NCBI RefSeq assembly: GCF_902728285.1
Contig: NW_027104315.1
Coordinates: 162,032-226,031 of the forward strand
Direction: 5' to 3'
Length of the DNA: 64,000 nt
Origin: Clytia hemisphaerica
Lineage: Eukaryota
Every line of letters begins with the position of its first letter. Position 1 is the stretch's first letter. The translations under genes and the position numbers were made by a program. The notes under the pieces were generated by a model, which made no database searches, was not told the origin of the DNA, and saw only the letters and a program-made list of their open reading frames with translations. Shown here one piece after another: positions 1 to 11,900 of this stretch.

Positions 1-1194
1 ATTTTAGAAAAAAAAAAGGTTTTTAGAGTCAAATCCTACCATTGTAAATAGAATTTACTCAACATTTTTAATGTTCAATTTAATTACTGATGTAATTTTG
101 TCTTAAAACTTTTTGCAACTTTGTATAAATACAACTGAATCAATATTAAAAGATTAATGAAAAATTCTTTAAAAGTCTAGTAAATTTAATCAATTCAAAA
201 TTTATTTGTTAAAGCTGCATAAATTTCCTTTTCCAGTAATGTAATCGCAAATTAAAAAATGTGATTTCCCTATTAACCCTTTAAGTGCCAATGTCGTATA
301 TATCAGACATGGGCTATGTAATGCCCAGTTTGAGTTAGAAATCGTCATTTGTGGTCTAGCTTGTAGGAATTGGATTAAACTTCTTGTCAAGCACAAAAAA
401 ATCAAAAGTGAGTCTTTTCAGCGAGATTTTAAGCCAAAAAGTAAAAAAAAGAATTTGACAAAAATCCACTTTTTTAAGATTTTGACCGTTTTTTGACCAT
501 TTTTGGTCAACGAGTGATCCAAGAACCTCCAATTTTGGCCCTGATTAACTTGATTCTGTCCTCCACCAAATTAATTTCAAGTTTTACCACTGGGCACCTT
601 TCTACCATTCAGGCAGGTCCGCACAGTGGATTTACCATTTACCGCCGCCCAACCCGTCCTTCCTAAATCCGAAGCCAAAGACGCCTAAAAGAAAGAGGAG
701 ACTCTAAGCTATCAAACGACCTATAAGCAAGCTTCCAACTCCTTCTAGATCCGGAGATATAAGCCTTTAAAGTTTGAACTAGCGATTTTCTTTAAAAAAC
801 TTGACCGTGGCACTTAAAGGGTTGAAATACTTTGTGAAGGAAATTATAGAAGACCAAATAAGGCTTTTTAATTAACTCATCTACTCCTCAATTCCCATTT
901 CGACTTTCGGTAAAAAAAAGTTTTAATATTTGATTAAAACATAAGAGGTTATGCCGATCTTAAAATTTGCTAAGATTCAAACTTCTGAACCATTCAAGAT
1001 GAGAGGCTGGATCCGAGTTGCTGTATTATTTTCAATAGCATTTGCTTTCAGCAAAGGTGAGCTTATTCTTCATTTATTCTCGAAACATTATTTTCATTCG
1101 CTCATCTTGGTCTCGCAAATTTTGGCAAAAAATGGACAAATCTTTATGTAAAGTATCCTCAAAACTCATTACCTTAACTGAACTTAAAATACCT

Positions 1195-1432
1195 TAAGTG
1201 GATAAATTTTGGCGCGGATTTCATTTGGCGAATGCTCAATTTTACGTGCTATTTTACTAAGAAATACATATTCTCCATAGAATTTCTATCTTAGAAAAAT
1301 TTAGTTAAATTTGGCGGGGATTTAATTCGGCGAATGGCTAATTTTTTTAAATTTTGGCGAGGATTTATTTTGCCAAAATTCGCAAAAATTCGCCAAATTT
1401 AATCCCCACCAAAATTTATCCACATAAGGTAA
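1195..1432. mobile_element. MITE (TIR CTTAAGTGGATAAATTTTGG…)
   Basis: 1195-1225 and 1402-1432 are inverted complements. Confidence 0.45.
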
Positions 1433-1509
1433 TTGAAAAAAAGTTCTCTTTGCAATCAATATATATTTAATTCCCAGAATGATTGAATAGGTTTTTGAGA
1501 TGGAAACAT

Positions 1510-1830
1510 TACCCGGGGGGGGGGGGGGGCACTGGGTTTGCGGACTGACGGTATGTGCGGGCCAAAAATTGGCTTTTAAAATTGCACCCTTACAGTGCAG
1601 CAAAAATCAGTGAAAATCATACCCTTAGAGTACATTTTCCCCCAAACTTTCGATCACTTTCGTGCAAAAATTGGTCAAAATATCTAGATTTTTCAAGAAT
1701 TTTCTAAAAGTTCTACCCTTACAGTGCATCTCTAGTTTTTCCGACCCTTACAGTGTATTTTAAAGCTATTGGAAAAGGTACCCTTAGGACCTGCACATAC
1801 CCGTCGGTCCTTTTGCCCAGCTGCCCCCCC
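1510..1830. mobile_element. MITE with G/C homopolymer-capped TIRs (…GGGCACTGGGTTTGCGGACTGACGGTATGTGCGGGCC) and internal CCCTTACAGTGCA subrepeats
   Basis: 1513-1560 versus 1785-1830 inverted; 4 copies of cccttacagtg. Confidence 0.5.
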
Positions 1831-2399
1831 GGGAAACATTAAGTATACAAGTCATAAAATTTGGCATAAATTGTGAGAATTTTAAATTATATAAAAAATT
1901 GTCCACTTTTTGGGACTTTATGTTCCATTTTCGAGTGGCACAAGCCCGTCAATTGGCCCCTATATTTGCAACTAATAGTGATGTGACTTTGATATGTCCA
2001 ATCTCCTTGACAGTATTAATCCACTACTTAAACTAGCAAGTAGCTGTCGCTATGAATGCCCCGCCAACGCATTCATAATCGAGAATGAACGTTTGAAGGC
2101 CGCATTCCACCAGATCGTTTTATTGGAACACCATTCAAAAAGCGCACATTCAAAAAGCGCACAGCTAAAGATTTCTAACGTTGAACGCTTGTCTCGTTCC
2201 TTTGAAACCATTATGCGCAGCACAATATCAAAAATCTTTTTACACAAGAAAAACAAACACCAGACAAAATCAAATGTTTTTCTTCTCTGTTGGCTGATAA
2301 ACAAAAGAAACGAGGTGTACAGCTTGGCGCACATGGTAAAATATCTTGATATCCCTTGTTCACTTTGTAGGAACTAATTACCGAAAGGTATATGGCTGT

Positions 2400-2760
2400 C
2401 TATCAAGAGTTATCAACTTGATTCTTATGGGGGGGGTACTTAGGCAAATGGTAGATACAGTATGTGCCGCCCTTAAGGGTACCTTTTTTGGACTTCCAAA
2501 GTCCTGCTAAGGGTCGAAAAAATCAAAAAATCTAATTTCAGTCCCACTAAGGGTCGGAAAAATAGGAAAATTTCAACTTTTTACCCCCTGAAAGATCGAA
2601 ATTTGGTCAAAATTGGTCAAATTTGTCCCGCTAAGGGTCGTAAAATTCCCCTTTGTTTTCTCCTTTTTAGTCCCGGTAAGGGTCCAGAGTTCGAAAGTCG
2701 GGCGGCACCCCCCCCCGTCAGCTTGCAACCCTAGAACACCCTCCCCCGGGTCCTTTGTTT
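2400..2760 (+). mobile_element. MITE copy (CCGCTAAGGGTCG subrepeats, G/C-run ends), orientation A
   Basis: Near-identical inverted copy at 8285-8640; spurious ORF 2613..2939 inside. Confidence 0.6.
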
Positions 2761-2761
2761 A

Positions 2762-3530
2762 CTTTGTAAAAACTAATTACCGAAAGGTATGTGGTACTCT
2801 GTATCAGAGTGTATCTCACGTTTATCGCTTCGTAGACGTACTCTCTGTGTGCATTGTCTGTTTGATAAAAATTTTCCCGTATACGGAGACCTCTGCAATG
2901 AAGTATAATTTTAAAATAAAATGGCAGCCGAAGCTATGAAAATTGTAAACAAAGGGATGGGGTCCATGATTGGGGGTAACTTTCTAAGCATGTTTTACAA
3001 AAGTTATGCCAACAAAACAAACTATAGCCACTCTACATAGATCAAACGCCATAAAAGTAGTACTGAATTTGAACTTAAAAGCAAAGAACTGAAGTTGAAA
3101 CCACCTAAAAAAACATGATTCAGAAGATTCCAATCCAACAACTTTACTCTCACGTTTGTGAACTCAAAGATCCAAAATGTAAACAAAAAACATTCGATTT
3201 GTGCAAAAAGAGTTATTTTGCAATAGAATGTCTTCATTTAGAGCTCTCTTTAATTAATTATCAAGAAGCTGGCTGGTTTTTTGTTATGAATTTTTTTCGA
3301 CAAACTTTATATTCTTTCTGACAATTCTGACGGCCATTTTCTCTTATCGCCTCCAATTTCTCGCCAAACTCCAACAGCACACCATCGCAGCGGTTGGTTT
3401 GAAAAATCTCAAACCAGAAAAGACAATGACAACAGACCCTCTACGGAAATGAATTTTGAAATTAGCCGTAGATATCGGGTCTGTGTACAGACAAGGTATG
3501 TGGCTTTCTATCAAGAGTTATTGACTCGAT
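2762..3530. repeat. Dispersed repeat family, two segments, also present at 19590-19700 and 19740-19870
   Basis: gtatctca(c/t)gtttatcgcttcgtag…gtctgtttgataaaa…gacctctgc(a/g)atgaagta, and …catcgcagcggt…aatgacaacaga(c/t)cctcta…gaattttgaaattagccgta shared. Confidence 0.5.
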
Positions 3531-4307
3531 TCTTATAAAGTAGATACTTATAAGAAAAATAAATATATGCTCATCTTTGTGCACTGTCTCTGTTTTACTT
3601 TGAAGAACTAAAAATCAATACAAGTCACATCAAAATAGATAAAACAATAGGTGCGCGCGAACATTTTTTAACCGCGGGGGCTTGCTCAAAATCGGAAAAA
3701 ACATCAACGACATGAATATTTTTCTGGTGAACAAGCCCGCTACGTGAAGCAACAAAAGCCCCTGCGGGGCAATAAGATAGTGAGTTTATATGTTTGTCTG
3801 TTTTTCTGCGACGGAGACGGTCAGCTTCTGATTTGTCTAGATCCTGATTGACTGAGGACGACGGTAAATCATTTCTTTTACCATCCTCAGTTATTATAAA
3901 TCACTTCAGCCACCCCGTCCAAAATACAAATACATAAAATCGCTATATTTCCAGCGCAGTTGATCACTAAGGAGTGTACATCAAAAGTTTGTCGTAATCG
4001 ATTCTTCTTTTAACCAAGGTAGTAGTATAATTTTGACTTTAAAAAGAAATTTTTTTGTCCACTTTATCCCAATAAAACCGTCCCAGTCCTTTTTCCGCAC
4101 CTATAGACAATAGAAAAATGTGTCAAAAAGTATTGGATCGAGTTTAGGGGGGTAATTGAATAATTAGTTGGCACGCGCCTGACCACGCGACTACGGTCGA
4201 AAAGGTGTATTAAGTTAGTCGCAAAAAAACAAACTCGGTAAAAACATGCTCACCATTGCCGAAGACTTTTCGTATTCCTAAGGTAATAAAAACATTTTCC
4301 TATCAAA

Positions 4308-4464
4308 ATGACAAACTTTTTCACTCTGACTATTCTTCTTTCAGCTTGTAATGATTATTCATCAGTCAAATGTTTCTTCAAGAAGCTTGGAGGAGGATGT
4401 AAGCCAACGGATGAAGATTATCCTTTCATGAAAGAAAATTGCTTAAAAGCTTGTGATATCTGTA
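4308..4464 (+). CDS. Serine protease gene exon 1: Met, hydrophobic signal peptide (MTNFFTLTILLSA) and a ShK-toxin-like 6-Cys domain (...CLKACDIC), ending at a gtaagt donor
   Basis: ATG followed by a hydrophobic stretch; C-x3-C-x2-C spacing at the end is typical of ShKT; donor a|gtaagt at 4465; exon phase fits the next exon. Confidence 0.5.
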
Positions 4465-4797
4465 GTAAGTAGAACAACAAACCTTTTCAAAAATTACGTT
4501 AGGAGCAACTTTTACCTCGTTTTCAAAATATTGCTATGGTGATTGATTCCCAGAGGAGTTCATAAAAAATATACTCTATTTATAGAAGTAACACTTGAAG
4601 ACTCGCGGGATCACTTGGTAGCTGTTTTAAAATGAGGCAGGTGTTGCACTCAAAATAATTTATGAAGAGGCCGAATCAAAATTTATAAACTACAGGCAAC
4701 TAAAGTCTGTACAGATATAATTGGCAGTGGAAACAAGAATGCCTGTAACTTTTTATAGTTAAATGTAAGAAAGTTCAAATGTTTGATGGTTTGTGCT

Positions 4798-5198
4798 CCC
4801 AGCTTTAAGCTGGGAGCAAACCATCAAACATGGTTCTTCAAACATTTGAACTCTCTTGTTGAATGGTTTGCGCGGCACTTTCCAACATTGTTTCAAACAT
4901 TTATTTTGTTGCATTACAACGGCTTCTTTCTTTTGTTTACTTTTCAAATCACGCGTTCGAAGTCATATTCAATGTTCGATTAGCAATGCAAGGTCTTCCT
5001 TCTAGGGAAAGCCCGAGTTGAATGTTTGAAGAAATTATGAACTTGCTCAAACATCTTTTCAAACATTTTTGGAGATTTTTTTGTTGAAAAGATACGATTT
5101 TTGACTCCGCAAACCGTCAAACATCGATTTCAAACATGAAACGTCACGATGTTTGAAGAACAATGTTTGACGGTTTGCTCCCAGCTTTAGAAATATCT
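4798..5198. mobile_element. MITE with about 45-bp TIRs (AGCTGGGAGCAAACCATCAAACATGGTTCTTCAAACAT)
   Basis: Left TIR 4798-4845 and its reverse complement at 5150-5198; a second copy is split by the LINE at 6034/7934. Confidence 0.6.
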
Positions 5199-5204
5199 TT
5201 CACA

Positions 5205-6024
5205 ACCAGTTAGACAGGCAGCTGAGGTCACAAAAAAATTGGACGGGGTGCGAACAATCCCAAACCACTTTTAATTGAAAATATACAACCTAAATATCTA
5301 GAAACCATCAACCGGAGTTGTTGAAATTACTTACCGGATGTGTCCGGTAATATTTTAGTACCTGATGACGTCATGCGTGCCCATAGGCTAACTGAAAAAA
5401 TTTTGAGAACCAACATAGACATATTATATACCGATCGAAGCGTTTTTTAACGTAGATTAAGAAAATGGTCAGTAACCATATCTGAAAATTTTGCTATAAA
5501 AAGTTAGAACGCTTTTCCTTTATGTCCGTAACGTCAATTTTACCTGTCCGAGACGAAAAAAAAATCAAAAATTCAAACTTATCAAAATTGAAATCTAAGA
5601 CCGCCATTCGAAAGCTCTCAAAAATCGATATAGAAGACTTTTAAGTGGATATATATGATTTCTCAACCTAACTCGAGAAAATCGATCCTAAAGAAAGTGT
5701 AAATATGACGTCATCAAAACTTCGGAAGCTTGTAACTTTTTATTATCAAATTTTCAGACATAGTTAGTGACCTTTTTTTTAATCTACGTCGATTGGTATA
5801 TAATATGTCTATGCTTTTTTTCATAAAAATTTTCATTTTGCTTGTGACGTCATCAAATACGAAAATATTTTCGGACGCGTCCGGTAATTATTTTCAAACT
5901 GTCCGGTTGATGATTTTGTGTTCAGAAAGGTCGTATCTATTGAAAACAACTGTTTAAAGTTTGTTCGCAAACTTTGTAGCTACTGCACTTTTTTATGTGA
6001 CCTCAGCTGCCTGACTAAGTCATT
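5205..6024. mobile_element. TIR element (about 20-bp TIR AGACAGGCAGCTGAGGTCACA) with three perfect TGACGTCA palindromes inside
   Basis: TIRs at 5208-5230 and 5997-6022; TGACGTCA at 5363, 5707, 5844. Confidence 0.5.
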
Positions 6025-6049
6025 TATGTCACTAAAGCTGGGAGCAAAC

Positions 6050-7933
6050 GACTACGACTTTAAATACCTCGAGTAGCAACTCTTCATGTCCTCCTGAAAA
6101 ACTGTTAAAACATTTCAAACTCCATTTCAATCCAAATAATGATAACATGAGACCCAATGAACTTGATAACTTACCAGATTTTGTTGAATCACTTCGTAAA
6201 ATTTCATCGACGATCACTATTAACAATGAACCTCCCACTATTGATGAAATTACTGAACACTTACATAAACTTAGAAACAAGAAAGCAAACAATGACATTG
6301 ATTCAGAATTATTAAAGAAATGTGAATGTCCAATCCTTCTCGATGCTATTCATCAAATGACTACAAACGTAAGGGAAAACTTCGACATTCCTACTGCCTG
6401 GGGAAATTCCCGATTGAAAACATTGTGGAAAGGTAAAGGGTCAAAGAAAGACCCCTCAAAGTATAGAGGCTTGAGCATAGGTTCAACTATATGTAAATTG
6501 ATCGTGAACATTATTTTGAGTAGACTCCAGCCTTGGTACGAGGCACAATTGACAGATGAGCAAAACAACGGATTCAGACAGAACCGGGGAACAACAGATG
6601 GGATTTACAACATCAAACGTATACAACAGATCTCCAATCGAAAACTACAGCCACTCTACCTTGTGTTTGTCGACCTCTCGGCAGCTTTCGATCACATCCC
6701 GCGCAAATGGATGTTTGATTCAATTAAACTTCGTTTCAAAGATGATCAAAGCTCACTCCTGATTGACATCCTTGAGAAACTGTATGAAAACACTTCTTTA
6801 AATTTTGAGGAAGCAACGTTTGAAACAACAAGCGGTGTTCGTCAAGGAGGACCAGAAAGCCCTAACCTTTTCAACTTGTACATTGATTTCGTAATGAGGG
6901 TTTTTCTTGAAAATAGTCGACAGATTGAAGAAATTAAATTCTTCAACCATAAATATCGTTTGAACACGAGAGCCATTTCTCGAAAACAAAGGGCTGTAAT
7001 GAGAGACAGGAACCAACGATCTTGGGGGACGTCAGAAATTCCATGGTCAGGATATGCCGATGATTTAGTGCTGTACCTTCTATCACTTGAAGGTCTTCAA
7101 AAAAGCATTCAACTCTTAGACGAAATCTTCACCTGTTTTGGTCTTGCAATAAATAACTCCAAAACAGAAACAATGATACTGAATGTTGACGAAATTCCAA
7201 CATCGATTGCAACCCTGAGAGGTGTCGACCTCAAAAATGTCTCCATATTTCGATACCTTGGAGCTTACATTAATTGCTGCGAGCCTAGTACAGGAGACAG
7301 TGAAATAAATCAACGAATCCAACTCGCTTGTCAAAAATTTGCATAACTATCAAACCTCTTGCAAAATTTCCATATCAACTTGAGAACACGCATTTCATTT
7401 CTGAACTGTTTTGTGCGTAGCCGTCTTACCTACGCCTGTCAAAATTGGTGTCTAACTACGAATCAACTAAACAGACTAGACATCACATACAGAACATTCT
7501 TGAGAAGAATGATATGCAATGGGTTTAAACAAATTGACAGAGAAAACAATGACTATCGACTAGTCATCACGAATGAGAATTTGCATGCACTTTGTGGAAC
7601 TCGTGACGTCACTGACTTTATCAAAAGTCAACAAGCGAGCTATGTGGCACATGTAATAAGAATGCCTAACGAACGGTCGTTGAAACAATTAATGTTTAAC
7701 GATGACACAAATCGTAAACGTGGTCGACCTTCCAAGACACTGTTAGACCAAGTTGTTTCTGATAAAGATGTTTCAATTGATGTATTTTGTAATAGATCAT
7801 TAAATGAGAGGGTGTGAGATTGCTCTAGGGTTCCCAACAACACAGACAACAATCGTCCAGTGTCTTTGGTAGCCCTACAGCCAATCCATCCTTATATAGG
7901 GATTAGATTGTAAAATTTTATTATTATTATTAA
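6050..7933 (+). mobile_element. 5'-truncated non-LTR (LINE) retrotransposon, RT domain only, ending in a (TTA)n tail; inserted into a MITE copy
   Basis: Flanking MITE sequence aaagctgggagcaaac | … | catcaaacatggttcttcaaacattt is contiguous in the intact copy at 4798-4845; 3' end ttattattattatta; possible 4-bp TSD AAAC. Confidence 0.7.
6147..7817 (+). pseudogene. LINE reverse transcriptase ORF (FVDLSAAFDHI, QGGPESPNLF, YADDLVLY motifs). The two track ORFs 6147..7346 and 7359..7817 are in the same frame, split by one TAA
   Basis: RT motifs read directly; both ORFs start at coordinates that are 0 mod 3; single in-frame stop at 7344-7346. Confidence 0.75.
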
Positions 7934-8016
7934 ACCATCAAACATGGTTCTTCAAACATTTACACTTGCATCTGATGACTTTCAACCATTATACCATTAT
8001 ATAGGCTCTCTGAGTC

Positions 8017-8116
8017 CAGCTGACACAGGACAACGTTGTTTCAACGTTCATCTAACGTTAAATGGACGTTGTGAACATTAAAATGACGTTGAAAGAACGT
8101 CGTGTGCCAGCTGGGA
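8017..8116. mobile_element. About 100-bp ACGT-rich MITE family (TIR CCCAGCTGGCACACAACGTTGT). Other copies at 9118-9188, 10775-10868, 30960-31058, 37593-37658, 49603-49700
   Basis: All copies share ...caacgttgtttcaacgttcatctaacgttatatggacgttgtgaacg... flanked by inverted cagctggg termini. Confidence 0.6.
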
Positions 8117-8189
8117 AACAACCCATCTTTGGATTTTCAAAAATCACAACATTTAACTCAAAAAGATATTTATTTCATATTCACCATAG

Positions 8190-8278
8190 AGGAATACACA
8201 GGAAAATGTGGAGTCAGAGAAAAAAAGACACGAATTGTTGGAGGAACAACAGCTAAACCAGGGGAATGGCCTTGGCAG
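8190..8278 (+). CDS. Serine protease exon 2: activation peptide and start of catalytic chain (KEYTGKCGVREKKTR|IVGGTTAKPGEWPWQ)
   Basis: ORF 8102..8323 holds the R-IVGG zymogen activation site and the WPWQ motif; acceptor ...ccatag| and donor cag|gtaagt. Confidence 0.7.
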
Positions 8279-8284
8279 GTAAGT

Positions 8285-8640
8285 TTTACCCCCGGGGGGG
8301 GGGGTACTAGGGTTGCAAGCTGACGGGGGAGGGGGGTGCCGCCCGACTTTCGAACTTTGGACCCTTACCGGGACTAAAAAGGAGAAAACAAAGGAAAATT
8401 TTGGGAATTTTACGACCCTTAGCGGGACTAATTTGACCAATTTTGACCAAATTTCGATCTTTCAGGGGGTAAAAAGTTGAAATTTTCCTATTTTTCCGAC
8501 CCTTACGGGGACTGAAATTTGATTTTCTGATTTTTCCGACCCTTAGCGGGACTTTGGAAGTCCAAAAAAGGTACCCTTAAGGGCGGCACATACCGTACCC
8601 TCCATTTGCCTAAGTACCCCCCCCCCCCCCCCCCCCCCGT
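8285..8640 (-). mobile_element. Second copy of the same MITE, inverted orientation, in trypsin intron 2, ending in a C28 run
   Basis: Reverse complement of 2400-2760; spurious ORF 8153..8440 (-) has the same translation as 2613..2939. Confidence 0.6.
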
Positions 8641-8993
8641 TTTACCATACCTGCATCAGTAAAGTAAAAGATACCTCCAGATCGTACCTCCTGATCTGAA
8701 TGAACTGAATTTAAAAAGGACTGAAATTTTCAAGCTCGAACATTTTCATTATTCTAATAGCGCAAGACAGATACCACGTCCATCAGTAAAATCAAAAAGT
8801 GGTGGAAGTGGCTTTGGTTACGAGATTGTGAAATTCCATAATGTTTTATATTTTTCCAGTATAGAAAACCAAGGGGTGGCCAATTCTATTTCTTCCTTTC
8901 AGTTTTGTTACAATGTGTGCACATAACTTTAACTTCTATAGCTATATAAATGTATACAAAAGAGTGTTAACTTGCTACTTGTCTCTCCCTCAG

Positions 8994-9102
8994 GTCAAAG
9001 TTGGAGGGTGCGGTGGCACTCTTGTTTCTGATCAATTTGTGGTGACAGCGGCTCATTGTTTCGATCGCAGCAAAGATCCTGACGACTATAAAGTTACTGC
9101 AG
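8994..9102 (+). CDS. Serine protease exon 3 with the catalytic His (VKVGGCGGTLVSDQFVVTAAHC...)
   Basis: TAAHC motif in ORF 8913..9122; acceptor ctctccctcag|; donor g|gtaacc. Confidence 0.8.
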
Positions 9103-9756
9103 GTAACCCATCTGGCACATAACGTTGTTTCAACGTTCACCTAACGTTATATGGACGTTGTGAACACAACGTTGTATGCCAGCTGGGAAGGCTCTTCGTT
9201 TATTTTGTTCTTCCACAGCCGTCAAAGGATTGAGAGCTTCTCTGTAGCAAAGCATCGTGACTTACGTTAATATAAACTTACATAAATCTATCGTAAAATA
9301 GAAAACAAAATGACAGATTTTAGTCTACTAGATTTGAGTGACGTAACAAGCAATTTTGGGGACAATATTTTTGAAAAAAAGACTTTTGACAAAATTAATT
9401 AACTTAGATATTAACCTCGATGATAATAAAGCTCCAGTTCTGTGAATTTCAGAAGCTATTTCCAGTTTTACGATGCAGGTCACAAAAGGAAATTAATGTA
9501 GAAAAGTCACAAAAAAACAATCGGGTAAAACTATCTGATTGGCTGAGATAGAAAAATTACCTCATACTTCAGACATTTTGAAAAGCGTATGTTTATGTGA
9601 GCAATTTTCAGCTGTAATTGACATTTTTTTCTGCTAATAGGAAATTCGTGTCTCGGTCTTTCACTAATTTTCCAAGCGCAGCGTCCGAAATAATTGTTGT
9701 CATGCGTTAAGTTAGAAAAATTACGGTAGCCGATATTACATCAACTTTCTTTTTAG

Positions 9757-10010
9757 GTGAACATGACAAATACGAAAAGGAACAATGGGAACAAAAAATG
9801 GAAATCGAAAAGATTATCATTCACCCAGCATATGGAAAACTTGTCTCTAATGATGCAGACATGGCCTTGCTTAAACTGAAGAAGAAAGTCTCGTTTAACC
9901 AACGCGTTCGACACGCATGCGTAGCTGATGATTTTGTTGATATTGGTTTAGATTCGGAATGTTGGGTGTCTGGTTGGGGCGCTCTTAAATTCAACGGGCG
10001 TTCTGCAAGG
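9757..10010 (+). CDS. Serine protease exon 4 with the catalytic Asp (DADMALLKL) and the SGWG motif
   Basis: ORF 9798..10064; D-x-ALLKL and CWVSGWG are trypsin-family signatures; acceptor ctttttag|, donor agg|gtaatt. Confidence 0.8.
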
Positions 10011-10621
10011 GTAATTCCTGACGAAATTATTAACTTTTTATCACCGTACATAATTTTACCCTAATTTCTTTTGTCTTTACCATAAAAACCTTAGAAATCT
10101 TTTCAAGACGCGTGTTTAAAGAAAAGTGGTAATCAGAATATTTGCTTGAAACAAGAATTTCAAAGATTTTGTATTTGGGAACTACAGCTTTTTTTCAAAA
10201 ATTGATCATTGAGGAAAACTTATGTAAGAAAAAACTATTGAAAATGTCCAAAGATGATGATAAACTGAGGATTGAATGAAGCAAGATCCAATCCAATTCT
10301 GGACTTTTACTTGTCTTGCTTATATGAAGACAAATAACATGTTTTTTCTAACATAAGCATAACGTTTATAAGCATACACAAACTCAGTTTTTTGTACGAA
10401 ATACATGTTTTTTTCTTTTATAAGCATACGCAGGCTCAGTTTTTGGTACCCAAACAATGGATCTATTGTTTAAGAAGAATAGAATGCTAAAGCATAATGT
10501 GAGCCTGATATAGGGGCAAATACTTGCCTATAAAAAAAACATGTAGCACATTTTGGAACAGTGGGTTTAACATATCAAGACAAAAATAGGCGCAGTTGCA
10601 ACTTCTCTTTATTTTTTTAAG

Positions 10622-10748
10622 TATTTGCAACAAGCAAAATTACCGTTGATCGATCCCAAAGAATGTGTTGCTACCATGGGTTACCGAAGTATCACTGATA
10701 ACATGTTATGTGCAGGCTTCAAAGATGGCACTAAAGATTCTTGCCAAG
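10622..10748 (+). CDS. Serine protease exon 5 (YLQQAKLPLIDPKECVATMGYRSITDNMLCAGFKDGTKDSCQ)
   Basis: Typical LQQ-LP...C...MFCAG...DSCQG segment; Asp189-equivalent gives trypsin-like specificity; acceptor tttttttaag|, donor g|gttatt. Confidence 0.75.
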
Positions 10749-11900
10749 GTTATTATTTATATATACACCCCAGCCTGCACACTACGTTCTTTTAACGTCT
10801 ATCTAACGTTCACAACGTCCATATAATGTTAGATAAACGTTGAAATAACGTTGTGTACCAGCTGGGAACCCTACACCCTTGTCTCACAGCCCCGGTGGAA
10901 CTTTTTCCTCAGTGGGGATAAGAATTCCTATTTAAATCTCAAAGGCAATAGAAATTTCATTGTTCCAAGGTGAGAGCTCTACTGAGAGCTATTTGGGTCC
11001 CTTAGAACTGAAAGGGGGGCACATAGTGCCCCCCGTGGATAACTTAGGATAGGAACATTATTTGGTCATGAAATTTGGTACTGCAATGCTTAAACCTATA
11101 ACAAACAAATTTATCAAAAAATATTTTTGAAAATTGAATGCAATTTTTGATGACGTCATCAATTGTATCAACAATTGGCAAAAATCACCCAAAAGACTCA
11201 AAAAAAAAGATGTTTCTTAAAATTGCTATTGAAACGGATGGAGAAACACATTCTCCTTCATTTTGCTTTTATTTGGAAGCTTTTACAATGCAGTAAATGA
11301 AAATTAAATTCTAAATCAACAATTTTGTCGTGACGTTCTACTATAGCGCGCCAAAACCGAAGAAAATGTTTTCAACTTTCAAAACCACGTAAAATCAGAA
11401 CATTTCAACTTTTTCAAGTTGGTGATACTTTTTTTGTCATATTTATATTTATTTGTTGCTGCTAATTCTCCTGTAAGATGAAATAGAAGCAATACAAATG
11501 AAATGGACAATTAAAGTTTACTTGGTAACATGTTATAGTATCTTGGAGTAAGCACATAAAAAAGAGCAAAATAGCCTGCGCTGCAATTGTGCGATGGTAG
11601 TGGTCACCGACAAACCTGTCATTGGGACTAAAATAATTGACCAATGAAATAATTTTTTGAACCAAAACATTCCCCATAAAATTCGATGAAAAGTCATAAA
11701 ATTTCAGCTTTATAGATAGCCTCACTAGTTAAAAAATGCTAGCCAATTTTCTATCAGTAGGTAGGGTTAAGTGGTTAAGTGGTTGGTGATGGCTTCGGAG
11801 TACAATTTTCAAACATTGGATTTTGAATGGGGATGAAATCTTGAATTAAAGAAGATAGTTAGATATACCTAGCATTCTATCATCCCCATTATTTTTTCAG

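Noticed and set aside
2613-2939. ORF of 108 aa (and its twin 8153..8440 on the - strand) with Pro-rich translation MVKFVPLRVVKFP…
   Set aside because: Both lie entirely inside two inverted copies of the same MITE. The translation is low-complexity and G/C-run-driven, with no domain. They are repeat read-through, not genes.
7359-7817. Separate 152-aa ORF downstream of the RT ORF
   Set aside because: It is in the same frame as 6147..7346 and separated by a single TAA. It is the C-terminal continuation of the LINE RT ORF, not an independent gene.
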